Of a DNA stretch of 37,744 bases, positions 26,982 to 37,431 are shown in pieces (position 1 is the stretch's first letter; every line of letters begins with the position of its first letter). The translations under genes and the position numbers were made by a program. Location: the IMG/VR virus record IMGVR_UViG_3300049189_000041, positions 1-37,744 of that record. One strand, given 5' to 3'. This DNA is from a virus (lineage: Duplodnaviria; Caudoviricetes). The notes beneath the pieces were generated by a model, which searched no databases, was not told the DNA's origin, and worked only from the letters and a program-made list of their open reading frames with translations.

Positions 26982-27191
26982 ATGCCTGCAATGAAGAAAA
27001 TGAAGAAAACGACAATCGGCAAAAAGCCGCAATTCAACACGAATACGACAAATCCGGCGCCCGGCAAGGCCAACGGCGCACGCGGCTTCGTGATAGGCAA
27101 CAGCGGCACGAAGACGATGGGCGCCGGTCGAACCGGAGGCGGCGGCAAGGCGATGGGAACCGCGAAAGGTCGCGGCGGGAGGTCGTACTGA
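26982..27191 (+). CDS. Small basic Lys/Gly-rich protein
   Basis: AAGGAG RBS; no acidic residues. Confidence 0.7.
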   Translation: MPAMKKMKKTTIGKKPQFNTNTTNPAPGKANGARGFVIGNSGTKTMGAGRTGGGGKAMGTAKGRGGRSY

Positions 27192-27790
27192 TGGCCGAAG
27201 AATTCCTGACCGCCGAGACTCAGGCGAAGCCGGAGAAGAAGACGCGCAAGCGCGGCCCTATGTCCGAGGCGCAGAAGGACAAGATTCGCGCCTCCAATCT
27301 CGCTACGCGCGAGCGCAAGCAGGCCGGGAAAGCCCCGCAGGCGCCGAGCGTTAAAACCGGCATCACCGCCGATGACGCCGAGGAGATGCGGCGCGAGCTT
27401 CAACTGAAAGCCGCCGAGGCCAAGATCAAGGAAGCCGCGATTTCTGAAGATAACCGCCTAATGGTCCATCAGGAGATCAAGGTGGACGCCTTCAATACCG
27501 TCCGGCGCTATGTCGAGCTGACCCCTTCGATGTGCCGCACTCGTAACTGCCCGTTCGACGCCGCGAAGGAAGCCGGCGCAACGGCATGGGGCGACAGTCC
27601 GATTGGTCAGCCGATGAGCGACGGGAAAACCTTCGGCGATCGGCTTATCGCCCTACGTGAATACCACGAAGCGACGGCCCATAGCGTTCAACAGCTCGAT
27701 GACCACATCGTCACAGCCGGCGAACTAAACAAGCGTCAGTGGGGCGTCGGTCAAAGCATCAAGAGCGAGTTTTTGACAGGTGCAAAATAG
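27191..27790 (+). CDS. Hypothetical protein
   Basis: TGATG coupling; GGAGG RBS. Confidence 0.7.
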   Translation: MAEEFLTAETQAKPEKKTRKRGPMSEAQKDKIRASNLATRERKQAGKAPQAPSVKTGITADDAEEMRRELQLKAAEAKIKEAAISEDNRLMVHQEIKVDAFNTVRRYVELTPSMCRTRNCPFDAAKEAGATAWGDSPIGQPMSDGKTFGDRLIALREYHEATAHSVQQLDDHIVTAGELNKRQWGVGQSIKSEFLTGAK

Positions 27791-27796
27791 ACAGCG

Positions 27797-28498
27797 ATGG
27801 CGACTCCTAACTCCATAGCTTTGAGTCTAATTCAAGAAGTCGGCGAGTCCACGGACGACGCCGACTTCGTTTTGCTCGTCGAAAAGCGCGTCAACGAGGC
27901 CGTCCAGGAGATCGCCCTTGCCGCCAATTTCAACCCCTACAAAGCCCGCGCCACGTTTGCCACGGTGATCGGAACGGCGACATACAACATGCCCGCAACG
28001 GCGCGCGAATTGATTCAGCTCCGATACGTCACGGACGGCGCTCCGATCACTTACGCCACAACTCAAGAACTGGTCATGCGGGGGGTAAAACTTACGGATT
28101 CAGGCCGGGCGCAGTTCTGGCTCGAGGATGGCGTCACGCTCTCGGGATCGGACACGCTGTTGAAGATCCGTCTTGTCCCGGTCCCAGCCGCCGTCGAATC
28201 CATCGAGGAAGAACACTACTTCGATCCGACCGACACGGCGAGCGCATCGAATATCCCAATCCCGCTCTCCTGGATCGTGCCAACGCTTGACCGCGTTCGC
28301 TCGTTTCTGCTCGAAAACCTGGGCAAGTACGACGCGTCGGCGCTCGCCATTCGCCGCTATGAAAAAAGCCTGAAGCGAATCGCCGACCGGGAGAACAATA
28401 AAACCGCCGACAAGGCCGTCTTGCAAGAGGTAGACCTCGCCAATCTGCGCCGCCGTCGCGGTCCGCGCCTTCCCGGCAATTTCCCCGACACATGGTAA
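27797..28498 (+). CDS. Putative head-tail adaptor
   Basis: Size, position and pattern (VNEAVQEI..ATYNMP..LVPVP). Confidence 0.7.
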   Translation: MATPNSIALSLIQEVGESTDDADFVLLVEKRVNEAVQEIALAANFNPYKARATFATVIGTATYNMPATARELIQLRYVTDGAPITYATTQELVMRGVKLTDSGRAQFWLEDGVTLSGSDTLLKIRLVPVPAAVESIEEEHYFDPTDTASASNIPIPLSWIVPTLDRVRSFLLENLGKYDASALAIRRYEKSLKRIADRENNKTADKAVLQEVDLANLRRRRGPRLPGNFPDTW

Positions 28499-28510
28499 GG
28501 AGGTTTAACC

Positions 28511-30148
28511 TTGGCCTCCACAAATGCCGATCAAGCCGGAGTAAAAACCATACCCCACGCCGGATGGGGCCGAGGGATCATCACGGCCAGGCCTTCAACG
28601 GAAATCCCAGACGACGCCGCGCAAGACATCATCAACATGGAGTTCGACGACTCCGATAATCTCTCGACGCGTAATGGTTTCATCGAGCTTTTCGCCACAA
28701 CTTTCGCCGATAGACTTACCAGCGCCTATTACTTCACGAGCGGATCGGGCGAAATCGGAGTCCTTTACACGACAGCGAACCAGCTTCGCATCGTCGAGAC
28801 GGACGGAACCGGCGACACGAATATCACCGGCGCTCTGACCCTACCTAACGATACTTTCTGGCAATGGGTCACTTACAAAGACATCGCCATAGGGGTGAAC
28901 AAGGCGACATCCGGCGACAATCCAGTGAAGGTCTCAACGGGCGCTGTTGCAGCCGCGCTCGGCGGCAGTCCGCCAAAAGGCAAATACATCGCGCTGTGGG
29001 AAAATCGAGTCTGGATCATTTCAGCAACCGAGCCGAATCAACTGCGCGGCTCGCATCTTGGCGACCCTGAAAACTGGTCAACGGGAACGGACGCGCAAGG
29101 CGTTTCTATAGATATAGAGATAGACGACAACGACATCATTACCGGCCTTTTCGCCACGAAGGACGCGCTCTATATCTGGAAAACGAAGAAGATTTATAAA
29201 ATCGTCGCCATTGACCCCGCGACAGCGATTACGAATGCCAGCAATCTCCGCGTGGCGATCCACTCGCAGACCATCGGATGCGTTTCGCCTTATTCAATCG
29301 CGCCACTGCTTGACGACGTTGTTTATCTCTCGCCACAAGGCCTTGCAAGTCTGCGGCTGTCGGAAGTGGCCGAAGATTTCAGGACCGCGCTCTACAGTCG
29401 CAACGTGGCCGAAATCGCCAAGATCCATAAGACGATAGAGGAAATCCCTTGCCTCTTGCTGCCGAATGTCAACCAGTACTGGCTGTCATTTCCAAGCAAT
29501 CTATCAACCCGCTCTATCAACGAAAGCTACGTCCTTGATTATTTGAACATCCAGGCGGGCGTGGACGCCGCTCGCTGGACGCGCTTCACGGGCCTTGCGG
29601 GCTTTACGTGCGCAACCAGCTTTCCGACCGCCACGGGAACGGCGTACCTTGTCGGGGCCGAGAATCCAGACGGAACGCATCAACTATTTAAATATTTCCC
29701 GAAGGAGAGCGGCGGCGTATTTAACGACAACGGGGAGTCTTACCCAAAAGAACTTCGAACAAAGGCGTTCCCGCATGAGTCGGTCTTACTGCGCAAGGAA
29801 TGGCACAAATGGGGCTTTAATTTCGATTTGTTGACCAATTCGGCTCAAGTGGCGATCCAGTATTTCCTCGATGAAAATCTGAACAAGGGTGGGAATCAAT
29901 CATTTAACCTGACCGCCTCCACGCTCGGCGCGCTCTGGGATCAGGCGATATGGGACGTGGATTCATGGGACACCGCCGTACAAGGGCCGGTGCAGATCAT
30001 AAGGCGGCTTCTCTCTAATTCTTCGGGCCGTATCGGGGAGACGATCACGTTTCGCGTCTCGAACGGCCAGGCCGACGAGGCAATTGTCATCAAGGATATG
30101 TTGCTGATGTACACGCTTTTGAACGAGAAAGGAGTCACAACCCTGTAA
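28511..30148 (+). CDS. Putative tail nozzle/stabilisation protein (P22 gp10/T7 gp12-like)
   Basis: Beta-propeller-like; WENRVW, GDPENW, IGCVS, WD-rich segment; AGGAGG RBS before TTG. Confidence 0.75.
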   Translation: MASTNADQAGVKTIPHAGWGRGIITARPSTEIPDDAAQDIINMEFDDSDNLSTRNGFIELFATTFADRLTSAYYFTSGSGEIGVLYTTANQLRIVETDGTGDTNITGALTLPNDTFWQWVTYKDIAIGVNKATSGDNPVKVSTGAVAAALGGSPPKGKYIALWENRVWIISATEPNQLRGSHLGDPENWSTGTDAQGVSIDIEIDDNDIITGLFATKDALYIWKTKKIYKIVAIDPATAITNASNLRVAIHSQTIGCVSPYSIAPLLDDVVYLSPQGLASLRLSEVAEDFRTALYSRNVAEIAKIHKTIEEIPCLLLPNVNQYWLSFPSNLSTRSINESYVLDYLNIQAGVDAARWTRFTGLAGFTCATSFPTATGTAYLVGAENPDGTHQLFKYFPKESGGVFNDNGESYPKELRTKAFPHESVLLRKEWHKWGFNFDLLTNSAQVAIQYFLDENLNKGGNQSFNLTASTLGALWDQAIWDVDSWDTAVQGPVQIIRRLLSNSSGRIGETITFRVSNGQADEAIVIKDMLLMYTLLNEKGVTTL

Positions 30149-31035
30149 TGGCCAGCACACTGGTAAGAGTGACGGACTTCATGCCGGCCACGCCAATCCT
30201 CTCGGCGGAGGTGGACTCTGAATTTAATCAGCTCGTCAATCTTCTCAACGGTACATCGAACAACATCAAGGCAACTCTCGACGTGAGCGATTCCGGCGAT
30301 CCTCCGCTTGAACTGAATCAGCTTTCGACCGGGCCGATCCTCGAACTGTATCAGGCCGGAATCCTGAAGGCGCACTTTCGCAACGACGGCGCGCTGAATA
30401 CTCCCGCGATCCGAGACGCGAACGACAACGAGCAATTGATTTTCACCCCCACGGCCTCGGCGGTGAACGAATTCACGATAACGAACGCGGCGACGGCGGG
30501 AAGGCCGAAACTGAGCGCGACGGGCGGTGACACGAACATCGGGATAGACATCATCCCGAAAGGCACGGGCGTAGTTAAGATTCAATCCGCCGCCCCGGTC
30601 GCCGCTGAAGACGCCGCGAATAAAGCGTATGTTGATGCAAAAGTAGTTCCATTCGCGCTGGGATTCAGGATAGACGATCCTTCCACGTTTGCGCTCAACA
30701 GCGACTCGGCAATGGTCGCAATAAGAGTCCCGGCAATCGTGGCGGGCGGCGCGTTCATAACAAAACTTACGATCCTGCGGACAGGTGGAACGCACACGGC
30801 GGGCGCGAGCGTCACTTTCAATGCGCGAATATTCAACGGCTCGACGGTCGGCTCAGGCGTGAGTTTTAACGACACGAACAATGCGATCAATACGCCGTAT
30901 TTCGATGATTTCACGGATACCGCGATCTCTGAAGGCAATTTCCTTCTCGTTCACATAACAGCGAGAAGCGGAACGATCAGCGAAACGCTGGTCAATATCA
31001 CGCTCGAAGGCTACCAGAAGGTTAAGACCCTGTAG
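30148..31035 (+). CDS. Tail fibre/spike 1
   Basis: N-terminal EVDSEFNQLVN anchor; DAANKAYVD motif; beta-rich C-terminus. Confidence 0.75.
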   Translation: MASTLVRVTDFMPATPILSAEVDSEFNQLVNLLNGTSNNIKATLDVSDSGDPPLELNQLSTGPILELYQAGILKAHFRNDGALNTPAIRDANDNEQLIFTPTASAVNEFTITNAATAGRPKLSATGGDTNIGIDIIPKGTGVVKIQSAAPVAAEDAANKAYVDAKVVPFALGFRIDDPSTFALNSDSAMVAIRVPAIVAGGAFITKLTILRTGGTHTAGASVTFNARIFNGSTVGSGVSFNDTNNAINTPYFDDFTDTAISEGNFLLVHITARSGTISETLVNITLEGYQKVKTL

Positions 31036-31040
31036 GCGCT

Positions 31041-31904
31041 ATGGCTGCCATTCAACGGATAACCGATTTCATTCCCAATACGCTCATCGTCTCGCAAGAG
31101 GTGGACGACGAATTCAACCAGCTCGTGAACCTGCTGAGCGGCGTATCCGACGATAACGACACGATCCTGAGATACACGCACGCCACGGACCCTGTTCTCA
31201 AGGTGGATCAGCTCGGCGCGGGCCTTATTCAGCAATGGCTGCAAAACGGCAGCGTCAAATCGCGGATCAACAATAACGGCTCATTTGAATCCATTGCAGG
31301 CCCCGCGCTCGCCGCGTCGCAACTGATAGCGGCCCCTTTGACGATAGATGGAACGACCGACATTCTACTGAAGGCGAACGGGCAGATTGTCGGCTATCCT
31401 CGAACTATCGAGGTTAACACGGCGACCACGAATAGTTCGGGCGCCGGGCCGGACACGCTCCATAGCTTCAGCCTTCCGGCGAACAGTCTTGCAAATGACG
31501 AAGATTTCCTTGAAGTCGAATATGCTTTCATATTCGCGGGGAACGATAATAATAAAGGCATAGGGGCCACATTTGGCGGGACGGAATACGCAAGGCGCGG
31601 GCTTGCGTCAACAGACCTCGATGGAACCGTGGGCGGAGTTATTAAGTCCAAGATAGTCAGGCTCTCTACAACGAGCGTAATCGTATCGTCTATGATGGTG
31701 GCTAATGTGATGTTCGGAGATTCGGCGAACGTGTTCACCGGAACAGGCGGCAATGGCGGGATAGTATTTGGATCAACGGTTGCGATCACCGGATTGCCGG
31801 ACCTTACGGCAAATGCCACCACGATGACCGGACAAAGCCTAGGCGTGGCCGCTGCGGACGTGATCCAGCGGCTTTCGGTTATTAAACTCACTCAAATGAC
31901 ATAG
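31041..31904 (+). CDS. Tail fibre/spike 2 with paralogous N-terminus
   Basis: EVDDEFNQLVNLL matches fibre 1. Confidence 0.72.
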   Translation: MAAIQRITDFIPNTLIVSQEVDDEFNQLVNLLSGVSDDNDTILRYTHATDPVLKVDQLGAGLIQQWLQNGSVKSRINNNGSFESIAGPALAASQLIAAPLTIDGTTDILLKANGQIVGYPRTIEVNTATTNSSGAGPDTLHSFSLPANSLANDEDFLEVEYAFIFAGNDNNKGIGATFGGTEYARRGLASTDLDGTVGGVIKSKIVRLSTTSVIVSSMMVANVMFGDSANVFTGTGGNGGIVFGSTVAITGLPDLTANATTMTGQSLGVAAADVIQRLSVIKLTQMT

Positions 31905-31911
31905 GTGTTTT

Positions 31912-32874
31912 ATGGCGGTATCGAACCTTTCAGCGTTTCAACAGGCTTTACAGACCGTGGTCGGCTCAGGCAAGGGCGCGGGCGCGAACCTGACGCCTGA
32001 AATCCTGGGCCGTGTGGCAGATTCGGTATTCGGGCCATTCCCGATTCCGCCCGGTTCGCAAATCATTTTCCAGGGGCCGGACCGCGCCGAGTGGATCGAT
32101 CCTGACGGCTTCAAGCACAGCGCGATGCGCTCGCTCGACGGGCGCGATCCGAACGCTGGCCGCATTATGGACAACACGGACCGCCCGGCGATCCTGCCAG
32201 CCGGCCAGGGCCAGCAGAATCTTTTATCGCAACTGACAGGCGCGCAGGGTATACAATCCGACATCGAAGCCGTTCGCAATCTGGCCGCGCGGTTGCAGGA
32301 ACCCGCCACGCTCGCCACGCTCGACCCCGCGACAGCCGCATCGCTGAAGGCCATCACGGATAACACGCTGCTGCAATTAACCGAGCAATTCAAGCGGGAC
32401 CAGGCGGCGAACGTGGCGCAGCTATTCGGGAATCGGGTTCAGTCAAGCTCTATCGCGACAGATGCCCTAAGCCGACTTCTGGAGAGTCAGGGCCGTGTTA
32501 CATCGGACGCCCTGGCGCAAGGCGCCGCGCGCGAACTCGGAGCGCGGCAATTCGTAACCGATACCCAGCGGGCGAACCTTGCGACCGCGCTTCAAGGCTT
32601 GCTCGGCGGCGCGGACCTTCAGAGCGGATTGATTCAAAATCTTTCAGGCCAGCAGACGCAGCGCGACATCGCGGGCGGAAATCTCAATCTGGGCTTTGCC
32701 GATCTGGCTGAAAGGGCGAGACAAGGCAACCTGAACTTCGAGCTTAGCCAGCAAGAACAGGATCGAAAACTCGCGGAATCCAGGGCATTATTACCGAAGA
32801 TTCTGGCGACGATTCAAACGCTAGGCCAGACTGCCCAAGGCGTTGGAACGGCCATTGGGGGCTTTAAGGCGTAG
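31912..32874 (+). CDS. Putative internal virion/ejection protein 1
   Basis: A/Q/G-rich helical protein after the tail genes. Confidence 0.6.
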   Translation: MAVSNLSAFQQALQTVVGSGKGAGANLTPEILGRVADSVFGPFPIPPGSQIIFQGPDRAEWIDPDGFKHSAMRSLDGRDPNAGRIMDNTDRPAILPAGQGQQNLLSQLTGAQGIQSDIEAVRNLAARLQEPATLATLDPATAASLKAITDNTLLQLTEQFKRDQAANVAQLFGNRVQSSSIATDALSRLLESQGRVTSDALAQGAARELGARQFVTDTQRANLATALQGLLGGADLQSGLIQNLSGQQTQRDIAGGNLNLGFADLAERARQGNLNFELSQQEQDRKLAESRALLPKILATIQTLGQTAQGVGTAIGGFKA

Positions 32875-32882
32875 GAGGATTT

Positions 32883-34052
32883 ATGGCATTTGGCCCGGCT
32901 ACGGCAGGCGTTGAACAGGCGATTCTAGCCCTACTCGAAGGGCGAAACGCGAGCCCTCTCGCGCCTGTTCCGCTTGCCCCTACAGGTGGAATAGGGCCGC
33001 TTCAGATGGACACGACGGCGGCTCTCGCGGCGCTTCAGCCGCAACCCGTGCCGCCTGCGCTTCCCGGTCCCGTGGACGCGGAGGCTATCCGATCTCGTTT
33101 CGCCGGGATGGCCGGACCCGAACCGCAGGCGCCCACGGTCGAGCCGACGAGTATGATTATCCGCATCGCTCGCGCCCTTCAGGGTTTCGGCGCGGGCGTT
33201 CAAGGGCAAGGGCCGCAATTCCTCGCGCAGATCGCAGAGCAACGCGAAGCGCCACAGCGTGAATTCAGGGCAAGGAAGGAACGCTTTGATACGCGCAAAC
33301 AGGAACTTGGAGTGATGGCCGAACAGGCCGTATTGTCCGCCGAGGACCGTCGCGCGCAGCGAACGCAACAGCTTTTGGACAAACAGGCTGACCGGGATTT
33401 CGAGGAATCAATCAAGCGGGCGGGCATTAAGAGCGCTGAGGCTATCGCGCAAATGCGCGCCGCTTTCGATCTGGAGCGGGATGCTCGCAAGGCCGAATTC
33501 GAGCGACAGAAGCAAGCCCGCAAGGACGCCAAGGACCGTAAGGCGGCGATTACGACGCTCGCCAATACCTTCACGGATGATTTTAAAGTCTCGCGGCAAG
33601 AGGCTTTACGGTTCGCTCAGCACGAAATAGAAGGGACGCCCCTCAGCGCGGCGGAGGCCAAGCGTTACAGCCGCATTGAGAAATACAGGCCATCCGCGGG
33701 CGGATCGGGCGGCGCGGGATCGAGCGGCAAGGTCATGGTCGAAATCGTCAATCCTGACGGCTCCACGTCGGTCGTCCCTTTCGGTCAGGTAAGCGGAGCG
33801 ATCAATTCGGGAACTATGAACATGGGACCGCGCGGCGTATTCGTCGAAGGCGGAACCGTGACGCCGCAGCCGATGCCAGGACAGCCCGGTGGGCCGGAGG
33901 GGCCATTCGTTCCACCTTCCGCCATTCAGCCCGCGCCCCCGCCTGGAACCGTATTCACTCGCGCGCAAGTCGAGGCGCACGCGAAGAAGACAGGCCGCGA
34001 TCCGAATGCCGTCGAGGCTGACATACGCGCTCGCGGCGGCGTAGTGCAATAA
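32883..34052 (+). CDS. Putative internal virion/ejection protein 2
   Basis: Coiled-coil core with Pro-rich ends; GGAGG RBS. Confidence 0.6.
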   Translation: MAFGPATAGVEQAILALLEGRNASPLAPVPLAPTGGIGPLQMDTTAALAALQPQPVPPALPGPVDAEAIRSRFAGMAGPEPQAPTVEPTSMIIRIARALQGFGAGVQGQGPQFLAQIAEQREAPQREFRARKERFDTRKQELGVMAEQAVLSAEDRRAQRTQQLLDKQADRDFEESIKRAGIKSAEAIAQMRAAFDLERDARKAEFERQKQARKDAKDRKAAITTLANTFTDDFKVSRQEALRFAQHEIEGTPLSAAEAKRYSRIEKYRPSAGGSGGAGSSGKVMVEIVNPDGSTSVVPFGQVSGAINSGTMNMGPRGVFVEGGTVTPQPMPGQPGGPEGPFVPPSAIQPAPPPGTVFTRAQVEAHAKKTGRDPNAVEADIRARGGVVQ

Positions 34053-34055
34053 GTT

Positions 34056-37000
34056 ATGGCCGATGACGCAATCGCAAAATTCCTTAAACGGCCGGTCCCT
34101 AAGCCGAAGCCCGTCTCGATTGATGAATTCCTGAAGGAACCGATCGTTTCAACTCCCGCGCCAACTCCGAGACCCGGACTCGGGACGGCGAAGAATCTGG
34201 CGCTCGGCGTCGAGCAAGAGGTTTACGGGAACCTCGCGCCGTCCGCCGTTTCAGGACTTGAAGCCCTTGGCGCCGCACTGACTGGCGATCTAGGGCCAGC
34301 GGCGCAAATCGGGGAGCTGGCCCTTAGAGGCGTCGGCCAGATACTCATGGGCGGCAATCCTTCCTTTGCCGGGGCGGCAAAGTCGAACGCCGAAGCGATA
34401 GCCCGCACACAGGGGGCCCGGCAAGCTGGCAGGCAGGGCGATCCGATCTATGGAGCAATCGAGAGGGCCGGACGCGAAGTTGAGACAGAAGCCGCTCAAG
34501 ACCCCTCGTTGCGGGGCAGAATCGAGCGCGGAGCGGGCCGAATCGGAGCCGCCGCCGCGCCCGGACTCGTGACCGCTATAGCGTCAGGCGGTAGCATCCC
34601 GGCAGTATCCGCAGTTGCGGCGGCTCAGTCCTTCAACTCACCGGAGATGCTGATTCCCAATGTCGCCCTCAACGCCGTGCCTATTCCGATTGGAAAAGTG
34701 GTCGCCCCGATCGTTCGCAGAATCAGGCCCGGCAAAGTCACCGCCGAAGTCGCGCCAGTAGTGCCGGGAATCGTTCCAGAAATACCCGCCATTTCGCCGG
34801 AAACGCCCCTTCCTGCGATCCAAACCCGTCCCCCCTCCCCTGCCCTTGCGCCGGACGTTCCGGTCAATCCTGCGCCGCAGGAGGCCGCCGCGCTGAATTC
34901 GGCCATCCAAAAACTTGGAACCGACAGCGTTGACGAAATCGCGGAGATGATCGCAAACGCCAATCGGCGCTTTAACAAGACCGTCTCGGCGCCGGGCCAG
35001 CCAAAGCGGGCGATCACGCCAATTGAACGCCAGTCAATGCGGGAGGACTATCAGAAGGTAAGCGCGCTTACGGAGGCGGAAAACAAGGCGCTGGCCGAGG
35101 TCTTGCCCGAACGAACATTCTCGCCTGTAAATAAAATACTGGTCGAAGGCGAGCCGACCGCGCGCGCCATATCTGATATTCCATTGGATGAGCCAAGCGC
35201 GCAGCTTGACGCCAACCTACGGGAACTAAAAGCGTTCTTCGGTTCGCGGGACATCGTGCAAGAGAGCAAGATCGCGGCAGCCGTAGGCCAAAGCGTTGAC
35301 GATCCCGCGATAGTGTCGACCGCCGATCTGGGCCTCGATGTCGTTCCGGTTCCAGTCCGCCCGGTGGACGCCGTTCCAGTCACGCGGCGCATTTCCGTGG
35401 ACGACATTTCGCTCGGACGCGACACGCTTTCCAAAGGCCGAATGTTCCAGGCTCAAGAATCTCTCAAGGGAGGCGTAAAGCCTGAGACAAAGGGCGTACC
35501 GCTACGTCAGCAAGTGGAGCCGATGACGGTTGTTCCCGATCCGCAAAGGCCTGGTAAATTCATTGTCGAGGACGACGGCAATCACCGGGTCGCGCTTCTG
35601 AAACTACAGGGCGTGACGGATGACATCCCGGTGAAGTCGTTCGAGACGCCGGCGCAAACGGCTTCGATCAGGTCGGCGGTCGGCCCTCGCGCGGGCGAGA
35701 TCGCGCCGATGGAAGTGGAAATAGGGCGTCAACTAGGGCAAGTGTCGCGGCCTAGCGTAGCGCGCAATATGGACCCGCTGAACGTCGAATCAATGGCCGG
35801 AGCTGAGCAGTTACCGCTTTTGGATGTGGCCCAAAAGAGCAGACTGCGCAAGGCCCTGAACATTGCCGCCGATGTTTACAACATTCCGCGCGCACTGCTC
35901 TCAAGCTCTGATATTTCAGCGCCTTTCAGGCAGGGCGCGATTCTCACCCTTCCGCCTTCGCGCTGGGGCAAGGCGCTTCGATCTTCGGTTGAGATGTTTC
36001 GCGCGCTCGTACCGGACAAGCCGACATCCATCAAAGGTGGCATCAAGGCCCAATTCCAGCCGAAAACGGAGCGCTTCCAGCGGATGGTGGACGCCATCGC
36101 CGCCGATCCCGATGCGCAGGCCGGCCAGAACGCGGGCCTTCACCTCGGAACGCAATCGCAGGGCGCGCTGCGTAAGGCTGAGGAAGAATTCGTATCGCGG
36201 ACAGCGGATCGAATCCCGATCGTCAGGGAGAGCCAGCAAGCCTACACGGCGTACCTGGACAATATCAGGCTCAACACGTTCAAACAGTATAAGCAAGCGA
36301 TCGACGCTCAGGGATTCTCGGCGGCGCAAACGGAACGCGCGTACAAGGCGGCGGCGGACTGGATCAACATTGCTTCCGGGCGCGGCAGTTTTGGGCCGAA
36401 GCTCGACCGGGCGATGGACGCCCTGAACTTCTTCATCTTCTCGCCACGCTTGCTGGCTTCGCGCATTCAGGTATTGAATCCGCTCACGTACCTAAAGAAC
36501 GCCACGACAGCCGAAGGCCGCGTCGTTCTGAAGAAACAAATGTCGGAGATGGGGCAATTCACCGGGATGATCGCTAGCACGCTCTTGCTCGCAAAGGCCG
36601 CAGGCTTCAAGGTCGGAACGAGTCCCGAAAAGCCGGATTTCCTGCGGATCAGTCTCGGCAGTTACCATTATGACGGCCTTGCCGGCCTTCAGCCCGTGAT
36701 GCGATTGATCTGGAACGTCGGAGCGGATGCGGTCAGGGCGTCGAAAGGCGAGAGGCCTCAGACCGGGGCGAGAGACGCGCTCGATGTCGGCGCTCGATTC
36801 TTGCGAGGGAAAGCGGCCCCGGTCCCGTCTTTCTTCGTAGACTTTCTTGATCGAAAGACCTTCGAAGGCAAACCGTTCAACTTCACAGACGCCGCTGTCG
36901 AGCGCGTCACGCCAATTATGTGGCAGGATTTCTACGAAGCCTATCAACGTGAAGGTCTCGGCGGACCCTTGATGCTCTCGCCGGGGCTCGTAGGATTCGG

Positions 37001-37394
37001 CGCTCAGTATTACGAACAGAAACCGATAGACGCGGCAATCGAGCAGCGGCCCGGCCTTCTGACCGAACTGACGCGCCTTCAGGTCCGGATTGCCGATCCG
37101 CGCCGCAAGCCGGGCGAAACGGACGCCGCATACAAGGGCCGGCAGCAAGCCATGGCCAATCTGTATAGCCGATTTGGCGTCAGCCTGATGTCGGATCGCC
37201 AATACGCGAACTTGCCCGACACTGAAAAGCGGGACGTTTTTGATATGTTGCATTCCAGAATTTTGGATGCGATAAACACGCGGGATCGGCGCACGGGACA
37301 GTTTCAGGCCTCGCAGTTGATAAACTCGCTTCGTAAATCCGCCAGGCGGAAAACCATCCGCGAGCGATTGATTTCTCGAAGGCCCCCGCTTTGA
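34056..37394 (+). CDS. Large internal virion/ejection protein with embedded ParB/Srx-like domain
   Basis: 1112 aa; position; PMTVV..FIVEDDGNHRV..IPV. Confidence 0.7.
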   Translation: MADDAIAKFLKRPVPKPKPVSIDEFLKEPIVSTPAPTPRPGLGTAKNLALGVEQEVYGNLAPSAVSGLEALGAALTGDLGPAAQIGELALRGVGQILMGGNPSFAGAAKSNAEAIARTQGARQAGRQGDPIYGAIERAGREVETEAAQDPSLRGRIERGAGRIGAAAAPGLVTAIASGGSIPAVSAVAAAQSFNSPEMLIPNVALNAVPIPIGKVVAPIVRRIRPGKVTAEVAPVVPGIVPEIPAISPETPLPAIQTRPPSPALAPDVPVNPAPQEAAALNSAIQKLGTDSVDEIAEMIANANRRFNKTVSAPGQPKRAITPIERQSMREDYQKVSALTEAENKALAEVLPERTFSPVNKILVEGEPTARAISDIPLDEPSAQLDANLRELKAFFGSRDIVQESKIAAAVGQSVDDPAIVSTADLGLDVVPVPVRPVDAVPVTRRISVDDISLGRDTLSKGRMFQAQESLKGGVKPETKGVPLRQQVEPMTVVPDPQRPGKFIVEDDGNHRVALLKLQGVTDDIPVKSFETPAQTASIRSAVGPRAGEIAPMEVEIGRQLGQVSRPSVARNMDPLNVESMAGAEQLPLLDVAQKSRLRKALNIAADVYNIPRALLSSSDISAPFRQGAILTLPPSRWGKALRSSVEMFRALVPDKPTSIKGGIKAQFQPKTERFQRMVDAIAADPDAQAGQNAGLHLGTQSQGALRKAEEEFVSRTADRIPIVRESQQAYTAYLDNIRLNTFKQYKQAIDAQGFSAAQTERAYKAAADWINIASGRGSFGPKLDRAMDALNFFIFSPRLLASRIQVLNPLTYLKNATTAEGRVVLKKQMSEMGQFTGMIASTLLLAKAAGFKVGTSPEKPDFLRISLGSYHYDGLAGLQPVMRLIWNVGADAVRASKGERPQTGARDALDVGARFLRGKAAPVPSFFVDFLDRKTFEGKPFNFTDAAVERVTPIMWQDFYEAYQREGLGGPLMLSPGLVGFGAQYYEQKPIDAAIEQRPGLLTELTRLQVRIADPRRKPGETDAAYKGRQQAMANLYSRFGVSLMSDRQYANLPDTEKRDVFDMLHSRILDAINTRDRRTGQFQASQLINSLRKSARRKTIRERLISRRPPL

Positions 37395-37431
37395 ACATGA
37401 CCTCCCCCGGAAAGTTCAGCAGGCAGCCTGC

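Noticed and set aside
30148-31904. Diversity-generating retroelement or shufflon acting on the tail fibres
   Set aside because: No reverse transcriptase, no adenine-specific TR/VR pair and no inverted tip cassettes; the similarity is confined to the N-terminal anchor.
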